Sequence record: PV764938.1 | Length of the DNA: 64,000 bases | Direction: 5' to 3' (one strand) | Shown: piece after piece, positions 47,357 through 57,953 of the stretch | How the letters are laid out: every line of letters begins with the position of its first letter | Position numbering within the stretch: position 1 is the stretch's first letter | Position numbers and translations under genes: made by a program | The notes under the pieces: generated by a model | Told to the model about the DNA's origin: nothing | Databases searched by the model: none | What the model saw: only the letters and a program-made list of their open reading frames with translations

Positions 47357-47383
47357 AAAAGGCTCCTTTTAGGGGCCTTTTTC
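47357..47383 (+). terminator. rho-independent terminator
   Basis: AAAAGGCTCC-TTTTA-GGGGCCTTTTTT. Confidence 0.75.
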
Positions 47384-47446
47384 TTTATCAGCAGTAGACT
47401 TTGGTACCAGCTTGTGTAATATTCCGCGCAACATATGGAGACAAAC

Positions 47447-48109
47447 ATGAACAAAATCCTTGGCGTCATTGGTGCCATTCTCTTGGGCGGCGCAATTGCA
47501 TGGGGCATCGTTACAATGCTCGGCGCAAGTCCCTTTGTACTGTTGGCGGCAATCCTCGCGGCCATGGTCGGTGGCTTCTGTGGCTACAATGGAATCATGG
47601 GGTTTCTCAAAGAGTTCGACAACAAAACCCAGCAAACTGAAACACTCCGCCTCACGCATGAGGAATTCACTGGTCTAGAGGGCCTTTCCGGCATCAACAC
47701 CGAGGAGTTTATCGAGCTAGTGCAGGGTGCGCGAAAGAAGCTGCGAGCTATCGTTGACGTGCGTATGCGTCTCATAGACGTAAAGGAAACCGTCGGGTTG
47801 CTTACTTTGGGCAAGCTCGGTGACGATATCATCAACGAAATCAAACGCGATCCCAAAGACTACCGACTTGCTCGGTCCTGGTTCAACACGCACTTGGATC
47901 AAACCCTCAACATCGCGACCAAATTCGAACAGATGCGCGGGCGCGTAAAGGGACAGGAACTCGCACAAATCACCGCCGAGTTCGAAACCACTGTAAAACA
48001 GCTGGAAACCAATTTCACCAAACTCCTGGAAGATCTCCGAGCCAACGATATGATGGCACTCAAGATCGACATGGAAGTGCTGAACGATCAGCTCAAACTC
48101 GAACGCTAA
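47447..48109 (+). CDS. xpaC: XpaC-like (5-bromo-4-chloroindolyl phosphate hydrolysis family) membrane protein
   Basis: 2 TM helices then helical domain with ARSWFNTHLD and LKIDMEVL; upstream of TelA as in xpaC-yaaN/klaC-type loci. Confidence 0.75.
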   Translation: MNKILGVIGAILLGGAIAWGIVTMLGASPFVLLAAILAAMVGGFCGYNGIMGFLKEFDNKTQQTETLRLTHEEFTGLEGLSGINTEEFIELVQGARKKLRAIVDVRMRLIDVKETVGLLTLGKLGDDIINEIKRDPKDYRLARSWFNTHLDQTLNIATKFEQMRGRVKGQELAQITAEFETTVKQLETNFTKLLEDLRANDMMALKIDMEVLNDQLKLER

Positions 48110-48119
48110 GGAGAACCCC

Positions 48120-49181
48120 ATGGAACAGACCAATACGATCCCGCTCGTTGGACTTGAAGTACCGAAAGCATCGGATTCCGTCAACATCACGCTCTACAAG
48201 AAAGAGCTGAATCTCGACGACACCACCAGCGTTATTAGCTGGGGCACCGGCGCACAGAAGAAGGTCGGTCAGATCAACGCACAGATGCTCGAGGGCGTGC
48301 GTTCGAAGGATGCCGGCGAAGTTGGTGCGGCTCTGAACTCGATGGTTACACAGATTCGCGGGCTGGACTTCGGCAAGGTCACGGAAAAGCAAGGCTTCTT
48401 CGGCAAGCTGTTGGGCAAGATCACCCCGATCGCTGAATTCGTTCAGTCCTTCGAGACGATTTCGAGCCAGGTTGAAGCTGTCGCCAACAAGCTGGAAACC
48501 CACAAAGTCGAACTGCTGAAGTCGATCAAGTCCCTGGACATCCTCTATACGAGCACGCTCGAATACTTCCACGAACTCGGCAACTACGTGAAGGCCGGCG
48601 AGGATATCCTGAAGGAACTCGACGAAGTCCGCGTTCCGGAACTCAAGGCCAAGGCCGAAGCTTCCGGCGATATGCTAGACGCACAGAACCTCAACGATCT
48701 CGTCGCCAAGCGTGATGCGTTCGACCGTCGCGTTCACGATCTGCGTCTGACCCGTCAGGTTGTCATGCAGACACTTCCGCAGATTCGTATGATCCAGGGC
48801 AACGACAACGGCCTCGTGCAGAAGATCGATACACAGATCCTCAACACGATTCCGCTCTGGGAAGGTCAGCTTGTGCTTGCGGTCGAGCAGTGGAAGATGG
48901 CTGATGCAACCAAGACGACCAAGGCCGTTTCGGATCTGCAGAACGAGCTGCTCGTCAAGAATGCAGAAATGCTGAAGCAGGGCAACGCCGAAGCCCGTAG
49001 GGAAATCGAGCGCGGCGTCTACGACGTTGAAAGCGTGAAGAAGTCCAACGATTTGCTGATCGCGGCGATTGAAGAATCCATCGCGATCACACAAGAGGGT
49101 CGTGCAAACCGCATTGCTGCGGCAAACGTACTGGTAGAGGCCGAAGGGCAGCTCAAGTCTGCCCTTCGTAACGCGGCTTAA
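48120..49181 (+). CDS. telA: TelA/KlaA toxic-anion resistance protein
   Basis: ISWGTGAQ, QTLPQIRMIQGND..LVQKI, TIPLW, NELLVKNAEMLK. Confidence 0.9.
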   Translation: MEQTNTIPLVGLEVPKASDSVNITLYKKELNLDDTTSVISWGTGAQKKVGQINAQMLEGVRSKDAGEVGAALNSMVTQIRGLDFGKVTEKQGFFGKLLGKITPIAEFVQSFETISSQVEAVANKLETHKVELLKSIKSLDILYTSTLEYFHELGNYVKAGEDILKELDEVRVPELKAKAEASGDMLDAQNLNDLVAKRDAFDRRVHDLRLTRQVVMQTLPQIRMIQGNDNGLVQKIDTQILNTIPLWEGQLVLAVEQWKMADATKTTKAVSDLQNELLVKNAEMLKQGNAEARREIERGVYDVESVKKSNDLLIAAIEESIAITQEGRANRIAAANVLVEAEGQLKSALRNAA

Positions 49182-52100
49182 CCGAAGAAGTCGTCGTAGT
49201 CACTACTTGGTGAACCAGGACCGCCGCTGGGGCTTGATGGATCCGGCGGCGGCTCCAAGATGTAGCACTTACCGATTGAACCCGTTGCCGTCGAGAACTG
49301 GCAAACTGCGGTCTTTGGCTTCGGTGGCAGGAAGCTTCCTGGGATACCCACTGTTGCGTCGGTTGTCGCTGTAGTTGCATCGGTTGCAGATTTGCCTGTT
49401 GCTGTCCAGTGAACTCGGTATGTACGATACTTTGTTTCACCTGTGACCAAGTCAACACCACGAATCTTAAATGTATAGGTCGTTGGAGTTGATGGCGGCT
49501 TAGTGTTGATTGGACCACCATTTCTAGCATCAAACTGCGACTTAACTGTGCTGTAGTTCATGAAGCTAAGTGTAGCGTTAGTCCAGCCCAAGAACTTCTT
49601 CGTTGGCTTGTAGTAGGTGTTACCGTACATTTTGAAGGATTCGTAGTGTAGCCATGGGCTATACTTACCATATCCGGCACCCAGATATCCATTGATCATT
49701 TCGTTTGCTGGGATATTAAAGCCAGTACCTGGGTATTGCTTTAGACCAGCAGCCGTTGCATCGTTGAATCCCGAGTACGACCACACCGGGCCACCATCAA
49801 GACCAACAATGAAGTCACGTGGAACCGTGTATGTGACATTGCCGGTTGGAGCCTTCGTAGTCTTGTCTGGGCTACCTACTGGACGCTGCGATGCAACAAA
49901 TCCCGCATAGCTGTTGGTACCAGCTAACTTGACGTAGTATTGACCCTTGATGTACGGATTCAAGTCGTTGCTGTTGGATCCAACCTGGTCGTAGATTGTC
50001 TTCATTGGGAAGACCTTCTGCGCACGAGTAATCGGATACGGGGACATACTCTGGCTTACCTGTAGTTGTTTGAACATTGGCGTACCGTATGTGCTCAAAG
50101 AGAAGTCCCAAAGACGATTATCGGACTGACAGATCGTTTGCTGACCATGTTCGTTCATGATGTCGTAGCGCACGTAGAAGCGAGACGAGAAGATGAACAA
50201 CTCGAATGTTGCATTCAATGGGAGCCAGAACTCGTTAGGACCAATCCAAGCAAATTCATCCAAAGCGTAGGATTGCGTGTAGGTTTGCTCATCAGGAACC
50301 GCTGTGCCATCGGGCTGTGGTGTATACACGGTATCGGTTGGCTTGTGGTAGATTGGTTTACCAGGAACCAAGACGTTCGGCTGATCCTGTTGCAGGATAT
50401 AGTCGGGAACCGCCTTGATGATCGGTGACATATCCGTGTCCAAGATATTGCAGGATCCAGGAACCGCAGTATCGCAAACTGGACGATATGTACCGTCTGG
50501 GCCAGCAACAAACTTCGTACCGGTATCCGAGACAAAGCAAGTACCAGGCTGCGACAAGTAAGGTGTACCTGTTTCCGTAAGCGCACCTGGAGGACTTACG
50601 TAGTGGTCACCCGTGATATACGACATAACGCCGGACGACTTTGTTGTCTTCGGATTTACCGTGTTGATCTGATTCGTATAATATCCGGGATTCGCATCGA
50701 AGTATTTCTTGTCAGCGAAATACAAGTCCTTTGGCTTGTACGAGATATTGTTGATTCTGATCCAAACCAGCTTTGTTGGCTTTGGAGAAGCAGCCGCAGT
50801 CTTGACGTTCGCAACACCCGTTGGACGAACCGCAAAACGTGGATTCCCAGCCTTGTTCTTCGGGATACGAAGCGTAAAGATCTGAGTGAAGTTTTCACCA
50901 ACTGTCTTCGATTTGCTTAGGACCAACTCGTAAGTCTTGTCGAGGTTTGTGACTTCAACACGCGAAGTGTCAGCACCACCCTCAAGCTTAACCTGAACGA
51001 GATATTCATCCTTAGTCGTGTTCGGTGCAATCGGAGTGGTCGAGCACTCGTCACCAACGGGTTGGTCCGCAATGTTGAAGGGAAGCTGTACGAACTCACC
51101 ATCAACGACGACCAATGTTACCGGGCCCTGAGGAGCATTCGGAACGTATACGATTTGACCAGGCTCTAGAGTTGCAGGATCTGGTAGAATACGACCGAGG
51201 ACCTTAACCCAGAGTCCGCACTCACCAACTGGTTCCCAAACACCGTAGAAGTTCAGCTTGTAGGTACAACCCGCGGAGCTCGTCGATACACCAGGTTCAA
51301 CCGGTGGATATTCTACTGGCAACGGGATGATCTTAACAAGCAGGCTGAGTTCACGGCATTTGCCCTTCTGGGTGCAAACGTCGAACATCAAGCGTTCCAT
51401 CCAAATTGTTGGATCGTCACCGCAATGGTGTTTCAGCTTAACGAGACCATTGTTGACGTCAGCCTGTGTAAAGACTGCCGGAATAATCTCGACTTTGTTG
51501 TTGTCGTTATTGATGAACTGAGTACGCTCTGGATTCAACGTGATCGAAATCTGATCGTCAGTGGAACCGAAATCAACCACATACTTGAGTTGATCCGGAG
51601 TCAGTGTGATCTCGGAACATTCGTCCATCTCCGCATAGTTGTTTTCGACTTCCGGATATGGCCACTCGATGACCTTGATGTTGAAACGGCCAGCGGTGCA
51701 TTTGAATTCGTTTACGCAAGCACTGAAACCAAAGTATTCTTTACCAGCGCCCGTAAACAAACCCTGTACGCAGACTTTACCTTCATCGAGATCCTTGTGA
51801 GTGAACTTGTCACCGATCTTCATCTTGACACCGTTCAAGAGAATCTCGGCTTTATCCATTAGGCTCAGGTAAGTAACCGTATAGGTAACCGGGAAACGTT
51901 CCCAAAGTGGATCCGTCGGTGGATCTGGGACCGGAGGAACTACTGGTGGCGGAATCTCAACAGCTTCCATATCCTCATATGTGGCGTACTGTTGAGACAA
52001 TGCGGAGAAACCATACTGAGCAGGACCGTCAAAAACACTACCCGAGGGAATCGTATAGGTGATCGTCGTGGAGTCATCCAACGGCAATACCGCGTTATTC

Positions 52101-53101
52101 ACGCCAACTGTTGTGTAGCTGAACTGGCTTGTTTTGGCTGTGATCGTGTTGCCCTTACGAACAACCTCAATCTGAGTCTTACCCAGAGTTGCCCAGTTTT
52201 GGCTCTTGGTATTACCAAAAGCATTTGGTGCAGCCATATTATTTTGTGCGATGATTGTACGGTTGTTTCCGTTCGTCATCATAAGGAACCAAGTGTTTCC
52301 GGTGCCATTGAAGCCACCGGAACGAACCGCTGCGATTGTCTGAGGAACACCACCGACTTCAGCATAAGCAACGATGATACCAATCAAGTCATCATCCTTT
52401 GCCGCAGAGCTGAGAGTGGACTTCATTCGGAAGGATTCACTCTGAGTCAAGTTTACCATACCCGTATAAGACGGGCTGTTATTGGTGATACGGATCGCGC
52501 TGTTGGTGGGATCAAATTCCCAACGCTTGGCATCGGAACTTGCTGGAGCATCCTTACCGGCGTTTTCATAAACGATCGGTCCGGAGAATCGCTTCCACGT
52601 ATTGAAAATATTGTTTTCGGTTGGGCTTACTGGCTCAGCTGGCTTTCCGAAATACTTGTTGATCTGCGGCGTGTCCGAGGAATAGAAGAGCCAATTACGG
52701 TTCAAGCACTTGAGCTCGTCTTCCATAATCGACATTTCTTTGTTGCGAATTTCCTTAGGGAAAGGCAAGCAAACGATGTTGATGGGAAACGTATAGATAC
52801 CATCCTTCGGGATTGTTGCGTCGGGCAAGCAATCGCTTCGTGGAGTCTGAGGTGTGAGTTTCTCAGTGTCACTCAACGGGATAATGTATTTGAAGAAGTC
52901 GTAGGCGCTGCTCACGTTGCCTTCGTTCTTTGTGTGTTGGTACTGGAGTGTACCTACACGAACGTCGGCCTGTGTGAATCGCTCATTCACCTTCATGAGC
53001 TTACCGTTCAACAGCAAATTGCCGTGTGTGGGCAACTGTGTGACCTGGTAAATCGCACGAAGATCATATTCTTCTACGATGATATTTTGATGCTGGTTCA
53101 T
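49178..53101 (-). CDS. large virion fibre/adhesin with CSPG-cadherin repeats and a lectin-like domain
   Basis: Repeats of LP.HG.L..NG....FTQAD...G...Y.H; DDDLIGIIVAY resembles thrombospondin C-terminal lectin; Cys/Pro-rich. Confidence 0.7.
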   Translation of the reverse strand: MNQHQNIIVEEYDLRAIYQVTQLPTHGNLLLNGKLMKVNERFTQADVRVGTLQYQHTKNEGNVSSAYDFFKYIIPLSDTEKLTPQTPRSDCLPDATIPKDGIYTFPINIVCLPFPKEIRNKEMSIMEDELKCLNRNWLFYSSDTPQINKYFGKPAEPVSPTENNIFNTWKRFSGPIVYENAGKDAPASSDAKRWEFDPTNSAIRITNNSPSYTGMVNLTQSESFRMKSTLSSAAKDDDLIGIIVAYAEVGGVPQTIAAVRSGGFNGTGNTWFLMMTNGNNRTIIAQNNMAAPNAFGNTKSQNWATLGKTQIEVVRKGNTITAKTSQFSYTTVGVNNAVLPLDDSTTITYTIPSGSVFDGPAQYGFSALSQQYATYEDMEAVEIPPPVVPPVPDPPTDPLWERFPVTYTVTYLSLMDKAEILLNGVKMKIGDKFTHKDLDEGKVCVQGLFTGAGKEYFGFSACVNEFKCTAGRFNIKVIEWPYPEVENNYAEMDECSEITLTPDQLKYVVDFGSTDDQISITLNPERTQFINNDNNKVEIIPAVFTQADVNNGLVKLKHHCGDDPTIWMERLMFDVCTQKGKCRELSLLVKIIPLPVEYPPVEPGVSTSSAGCTYKLNFYGVWEPVGECGLWVKVLGRILPDPATLEPGQIVYVPNAPQGPVTLVVVDGEFVQLPFNIADQPVGDECSTTPIAPNTTKDEYLVQVKLEGGADTSRVEVTNLDKTYELVLSKSKTVGENFTQIFTLRIPKNKAGNPRFAVRPTGVANVKTAAASPKPTKLVWIRINNISYKPKDLYFADKKYFDANPGYYTNQINTVNPKTTKSSGVMSYITGDHYVSPPGALTETGTPYLSQPGTCFVSDTGTKFVAGPDGTYRPVCDTAVPGSCNILDTDMSPIIKAVPDYILQQDQPNVLVPGKPIYHKPTDTVYTPQPDGTAVPDEQTYTQSYALDEFAWIGPNEFWLPLNATFELFIFSSRFYVRYDIMNEHGQQTICQSDNRLWDFSLSTYGTPMFKQLQVSQSMSPYPITRAQKVFPMKTIYDQVGSNSNDLNPYIKGQYYVKLAGTNSYAGFVASQRPVGSPDKTTKAPTGNVTYTVPRDFIVGLDGGPVWSYSGFNDATAAGLKQYPGTGFNIPANEMINGYLGAGYGKYSPWLHYESFKMYGNTYYKPTKKFLGWTNATLSFMNYSTVKSQFDARNGGPINTKPPSTPTTYTFKIRGVDLVTGETKYRTYRVHWTATGKSATDATTATTDATVGIPGSFLPPKPKTAVCQFSTATGSIGKCYILEPPPDPSSPSGGPGSPSSDYDDFFG

Positions 53102-54267
53102 AGATCAATACTTTCCGATGCTAGTCCATCATTACTTAGCCCGTTGCTGGTTAGGACCAAGGCATACCGACGAACAAACGATTCGCCTGTTCTAGGGTCA
53201 TAAGCAGTGACAGTGAAAGGATACCGACCCGGCTTCAAGGGAAGCTTCCATGGTTGAGTGCCCGCGAGGCTTGTCGGTGTACGATCGGCTGTTCCGATAT
53301 AACCAACGCTCGAAAACGCAACGCCCAAAGGAAGACCACCATCCCAATAGAGACGTTCCTTTATATTTCTGTAACTAGATAATTTATCATATCCAGGACC
53401 GCGGTCTGGGGAATCCACAGGCAAGTCACTGTTCACGACATAGGTGGACCAATCCACGATATAGCCGGCTGCGGGCTTTGTATTGACCGGAGGAATATCA
53501 GTGCCTGCACGAAGCTCCCAAAGTGCATTCGGTGCATTCGACGTGAAAGTCCAGTTGAAGTTGGTTCCGACTTCCGCATAAATGACGTTATCACCGATTT
53601 GACGGAACTTAGGTGTGATCGAGAGATCCAGCGAAGTTTCTACGCAACGGCTTTTAATTGTGCAGGCATTGAACTCCAGACGCTCAACGGCATTACCCAA
53701 GCGCGTGTTGACGTACACGACATCGCCTGCGTTGATATCCGCTTGTGTGAACATCTCTGCGTTACGACCGCGCAAGCTAATGTAACCGTTAGCCGGCTTG
53801 TTCGTCAACGTGTAGATGATTTCATCTGGCGCAAAGCTAGGATCAACCACGCTGAGCAGGTTGTTCGCGAGAATAAGAGTTCCTTCTTCACGCAGGATAA
53901 CCGTACCTGGATCTATACCCGCTGTAGGATCAACCGGACGCTTAATGGTGATTGCGAACACAAAGATGCCATTCTCGGGAGTAGCAATCTCACGAGGCGG
54001 CATACAATCCGAATACATGTCGCCGGTGATATCACCGAGATCCTGTTCCCACATGGAGAACTCGAAGGAATCTTCAGTCTCATTGACACCTGGATCCAAT
54101 GGAACCGTGCTGTGATAAAGAATGCGACCCGCATTGATGTCGGCTTGAGTGAACTTGGATCCCACTTGTAGTGGGACCCCGTTTCTTGACAATTTACCCA
54201 ATGTAGGAAGCTTTCGGATCTTGAAGAATCCTTTGTCTGCTACCGATGATTGAATCTTATGAAGCAT
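53098..54267 (-). CDS. CSPG-cadherin repeat protein
   Basis: Two FTQADINAG repeats; N-terminus paralogous to the 1307-aa gene. Confidence 0.75.
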   Translation of the reverse strand: MLHKIQSSVADKGFFKIRKLPTLGKLSRNGVPLQVGSKFTQADINAGRILYHSTVPLDPGVNETEDSFEFSMWEQDLGDITGDMYSDCMPPREIATPENGIFVFAITIKRPVDPTAGIDPGTVILREEGTLILANNLLSVVDPSFAPDEIIYTLTNKPANGYISLRGRNAEMFTQADINAGDVVYVNTRLGNAVERLEFNACTIKSRCVETSLDLSITPKFRQIGDNVIYAEVGTNFNWTFTSNAPNALWELRAGTDIPPVNTKPAAGYIVDWSTYVVNSDLPVDSPDRGPGYDKLSSYRNIKERLYWDGGLPLGVAFSSVGYIGTADRTPTSLAGTQPWKLPLKPGRYPFTVTAYDPRTGESFVRRYALVLTSNGLSNDGLASESIDL

Positions 54268-54279
54268 CAGTAGTCTCCC

Positions 54280-57200
54280 TTACACGTATTGGATTTCGAA
54301 AGTCCAAGTTGCCGGCGATGGGCCAGTCACGCAAGTTTCAACAACCTGACACTCAACGTATCCGGAAGTAATGCTTGGGGTGAACGAGAATGTCTTCTCA
54401 CCATCAGCCGATGTTTGGCATGTCGAAGCCGCTAGAATTGCACCGGACTGGTCACGAACATAAGCACGTGCCGAACCCGCTGAAACCAAGAACTTCAAAG
54501 TCATCGGAGCCACTGGGGTCTTCAACTTGATTGTGCGCGATGCACGTCCATCCGAATCTGTATCAGCCGGAGACAATACAAAGCCTTCATCGTGTGTCAG
54601 CGTATCCAGGTCTTCAGCGGATTCTGGATCAGGATCCAGAACATCATCGTAGTCCAAGTCAACGTCGCAGAGCTGGAGTTCGTTCAGCGTAATCGCCTTT
54701 GTTTCCATCTCAAACAAAGTGATACCTGTGTTTGCGCATACCCACGGTGGGTTGTTGATCTGCTTGAACTTGATGTCGAAGGTCTGGTTTGTTGCGTTGA
54801 ACACATCACTGTTTACGTCGAACTTGAAGGAGTCCGGCTTAGTGAAGTAGGACAAGCTCGTGTAGTTGACCAGGTTCGCATAGATGTCAGTGAGTGTGAA
54901 TGTGTCACCGACGACCAAAGCCACGCTGTTACGTTCAAGCACGCCATAGATTGGCAAGCTACGAACCGTAAACACCATGTTGTCCTTGTTGTAGGTGCTA
55001 CGCAGGTTCTTGATGCTCAAGCTTACTGGAGTGATCGCACGCTTGGTGCACGGATCAATCGTCATACCCTTGTTGATGAGTTCCGGCGGTGGCGGTGGGA
55101 TGATCTTAATCGGAAGCGTGAGCGGCGTAACAACGTTGGTCGCCGAGTCAGTTACCGAGAAGTCAAAAGAGTCCAACAGTGCGCCTTCAGTGGTTTCACA
55201 ATACATCATGTTACCACCAAGAATATCCGCGTATGTGAATGTGCTGCCCTCAGCGAGCGTGACGCCATTACGCTGGACAGTACCGTGAATCGTGTTGGTC
55301 AGCATGGTAATGATCAGCTGACTATCAGAGGATTCCTTATCTGTAATACGGATATGGTTGTTTGTGATTTCCGCACATGTGAGTTCGCCAACGGAAAGCT
55401 CATTGATAACAACTTCCGGTGGACGATCCGTTAGGATAATCTTGATCTTGAAGACTGCGTCAATGTGTTCGATGCTGTCAGTGACACGGAACTTGAACTG
55501 ATCCTTGTCCATGAGAAGCTGATCAGGATCCGGAGCATACTGGAGCAAACCGGAGTCGATGTCGGCCTGTGTGAAGCTTACGGCATCGCCTACTGGCAAG
55601 GCAAGTTCAACACCACCCAGCAATAGCTTACCCGCAGCTGGCAACGTCAACAACTTGTAGAGAATCTGAGTCGCGTTGGACACAGCGCCGGATTCAGCAA
55701 GCAAATATGTGTTATCGATTGTTGCCGGAGGATCAGCCTGAACAACTGTGAGTTCATTGTTCTCTACGAGCTTGAGACCCGGCAGGAATTGAATCACGTA
55801 GACGCCGCTAACCGCACAGAACCCGTTGGTTACGGAGAACTCGAAACGATCATCCGGAGGAGTATCTGTTTCGTGCTTGTAGGTGAATTTCATATCCTTG
55901 ATATCTTGGGAAGTCCAAGTACCAGTTGTCTCAACAACTTCGACACCACCAACGAAAAGCTTACCGAATTCAGGCTTCTTTGTGAGAGTCCAAACGAATT
56001 CCTTTGCATCAACGCCTTCGTTCGACGCGAATAGATCAAACTCCGAAATAGCCTTTTCCTGTGTGTAGGAAGTCTTCAACGGAATGTTTGTGATATCTGG
56101 GCAAACCAATGGCGGTGGTGGGAATACGATGTGAATCGCAAGATCCTCAACCACGTTGTTCTCATCGTAAAGCTTGAAGAATGCAAAGTCTTCCATGATC
56201 TCGTTTGCAGGAGAACCCGCAACGTAACGGAATGTCAATGCTTCCCATTCTGTACGATTGAACTTCTGACCAACTGTGGCGGGGTTACCGTTGATGAACA
56301 GGTCACCATGCTCGGGCAGAGCTGTCAGTTCCCACCAAACCTTATCCGGGGTTGTGTCATCGTCTGTGAAGTCGAACTTGTCGAACTTCCAGCTAACTTC
56401 ACCGTTGCGTTCGCAAAGATGAGTTTCGTTCGTGACCATATACGGAGGCTTGTCCTCGACAACTAGGATCTGGATCGGAAGAATCAAAGGAATCTTCAAG
56501 CCACCATCCTTGAGGATGAACTTGAATTGGTCAGTCAGGGGATCGTGAGTCGTACAATCGTGAATGTAGGAAATGTTGCCGGCGAGTACATCAGCATAGG
56601 TGTATTTGGTGCCGATTGTTGCTGTCATGCCGTTGATACGGAGCATACCATGTAGCGGCAGCTCGGTGATTTCCATTTCAAGATCCGGAGGAAGCAGACC
56701 TTCGGGGTCAGTGATCTTGAGGTTTGCTTCGCCTGGAATACCAGTGTCGCACTTTGGAACCAACAGTGGGTTGATTTCAACGTTCGGTGGTAGGTTCGGG
56801 ATCAAACGAATCGGAAACTTATTACCGGGAATCGTTTGCTTGCTATGGGAAACTTCAAACTCGAATTCGTCAGTTGGAGTATCCGAGCAATCCTGAGTGA
56901 AAGTGATTCGACCCGCAGCAATATCCGCGTTTGTCCAAGTCGTACCAATAACCATCGGTGTGCCATTCTTCTTGAGAATGCCATGCAGAGGAAGCTTGGT
57001 CAGCTTGAACGTGATTACCAGCGCCGGATCATCTTCATCCGATGCAACCAGGAGCGTATCGTCGATAACGCCGGTCTCACATTGCAGGACTTCAAGTGGG
57101 CCATTTGGGCTGACAACAATTGGAAGGTCTGTGAGCTGAATGTGAATATTCAAGACGTAGACGTTGGCCGATGTTTCGGTAGCGGTTTCACCCGGAGTCA

Positions 57201-57843
57201 GACCAGACCACTTGTTCTTGGTATCGCGAACCTTAAACGTGAGAACGTCCAGCTCAGCTTCGTCGCCATTGTGCTTATAGGAAATACGACCCGCGATGAT
57301 ATCAGCCATCGAGAATTCGCTATTTGGACCCATCGGCAACGGAGAACCGTTCTTGAGGATCTGACCATGAGTAGGCCAGTTTTGGATCCGGAAGAAGATA
57401 GCTGTCGGGCTATCATACAAGTCGGTAAAGTTAATGTTACCGGTTGTGATCTTCTGCTCAGTATTTTCCTTCACGTACATGTCATTGACAGTACCTTCAG
57501 GCGGACCATCTGGGAGCGAGTATCGAATTTCGAAGTCTCTTAGCTCGGCAGAACCATCGGTTGTGTCGATGATACGAATCTTGTACTTGATGCTGATAAC
57601 CGTTTTGTTGGTTGGATCAGAAGTGTACTTGATAACGTTGCTATCGACTTCGGCCTGTGTGAACGATGTAACGGGTACGCCGCCCTTAGTGATTGCGCCG
57701 ATCGCCGGCGACGCACTAACAACTTGATATTGAATCTTGTTTGCAGCGGGACCAGTAGCTTTTAGGAATGCGCTTGTGATGTTCGTTGTACCTGTCGCGT
57801 TAACGGTCAACGGAGAGTTCACTGTTACTTTAGTGAGTGCCAT
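54280..57843 (-). CDS. tandem CSPG-cadherin repeat protein (roughly 9-10 repeats)
   Basis: About 115-aa repeats with P.HG.L...G...FT.ADI..G.I.Y.H and D.F.F.V.D; TAAATA at 57873. Confidence 0.8.
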   Translation of the reverse strand: MALTKVTVNSPLTVNATGTTNITSAFLKATGPAANKIQYQVVSASPAIGAITKGGVPVTSFTQAEVDSNVIKYTSDPTNKTVISIKYKIRIIDTTDGSAELRDFEIRYSLPDGPPEGTVNDMYVKENTEQKITTGNINFTDLYDSPTAIFFRIQNWPTHGQILKNGSPLPMGPNSEFSMADIIAGRISYKHNGDEAELDVLTFKVRDTKNKWSGLTPGETATETSANVYVLNIHIQLTDLPIVVSPNGPLEVLQCETGVIDDTLLVASDEDDPALVITFKLTKLPLHGILKKNGTPMVIGTTWTNADIAAGRITFTQDCSDTPTDEFEFEVSHSKQTIPGNKFPIRLIPNLPPNVEINPLLVPKCDTGIPGEANLKITDPEGLLPPDLEMEITELPLHGMLRINGMTATIGTKYTYADVLAGNISYIHDCTTHDPLTDQFKFILKDGGLKIPLILPIQILVVEDKPPYMVTNETHLCERNGEVSWKFDKFDFTDDDTTPDKVWWELTALPEHGDLFINGNPATVGQKFNRTEWEALTFRYVAGSPANEIMEDFAFFKLYDENNVVEDLAIHIVFPPPPLVCPDITNIPLKTSYTQEKAISEFDLFASNEGVDAKEFVWTLTKKPEFGKLFVGGVEVVETTGTWTSQDIKDMKFTYKHETDTPPDDRFEFSVTNGFCAVSGVYVIQFLPGLKLVENNELTVVQADPPATIDNTYLLAESGAVSNATQILYKLLTLPAAGKLLLGGVELALPVGDAVSFTQADIDSGLLQYAPDPDQLLMDKDQFKFRVTDSIEHIDAVFKIKIILTDRPPEVVINELSVGELTCAEITNNHIRITDKESSDSQLIITMLTNTIHGTVQRNGVTLAEGSTFTYADILGGNMMYCETTEGALLDSFDFSVTDSATNVVTPLTLPIKIIPPPPPELINKGMTIDPCTKRAITPVSLSIKNLRSTYNKDNMVFTVRSLPIYGVLERNSVALVVGDTFTLTDIYANLVNYTSLSYFTKPDSFKFDVNSDVFNATNQTFDIKFKQINNPPWVCANTGITLFEMETKAITLNELQLCDVDLDYDDVLDPDPESAEDLDTLTHDEGFVLSPADTDSDGRASRTIKLKTPVAPMTLKFLVSAGSARAYVRDQSGAILAASTCQTSADGEKTFSFTPSITSGYVECQVVETCVTGPSPATWTFEIQYV

Positions 57844-57902
57844 AAGGATGAGCTCCAAGTCATAATTTCATCTATTTATGGTATTCCTGAATGACGTTTT
57901 GG

Positions 57903-57953
57903 TGTTGACAAAGTTGGTTCCTGTGTTAGAGTCGGTACAAATAGGAGATCGCG
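57903..57953 (+). promoter_or_regulatory. early promoter plus RBS cassette
   Basis: TTGACAAAGTTGGTTCCTGTGTTA...AGGAGATCGCGATG. Confidence 0.75.

Noticed and set aside
51992-53203. 403-aa plus-strand ORF
   Set aside because: Antisense shadow of the large CSPG gene; no RBS or recognisable motifs
54592-57543. Several 200-280 aa plus-strand ORFs
   Set aside because: Antisense to the repeat-rich 1192-aa gene; explained by codon bias
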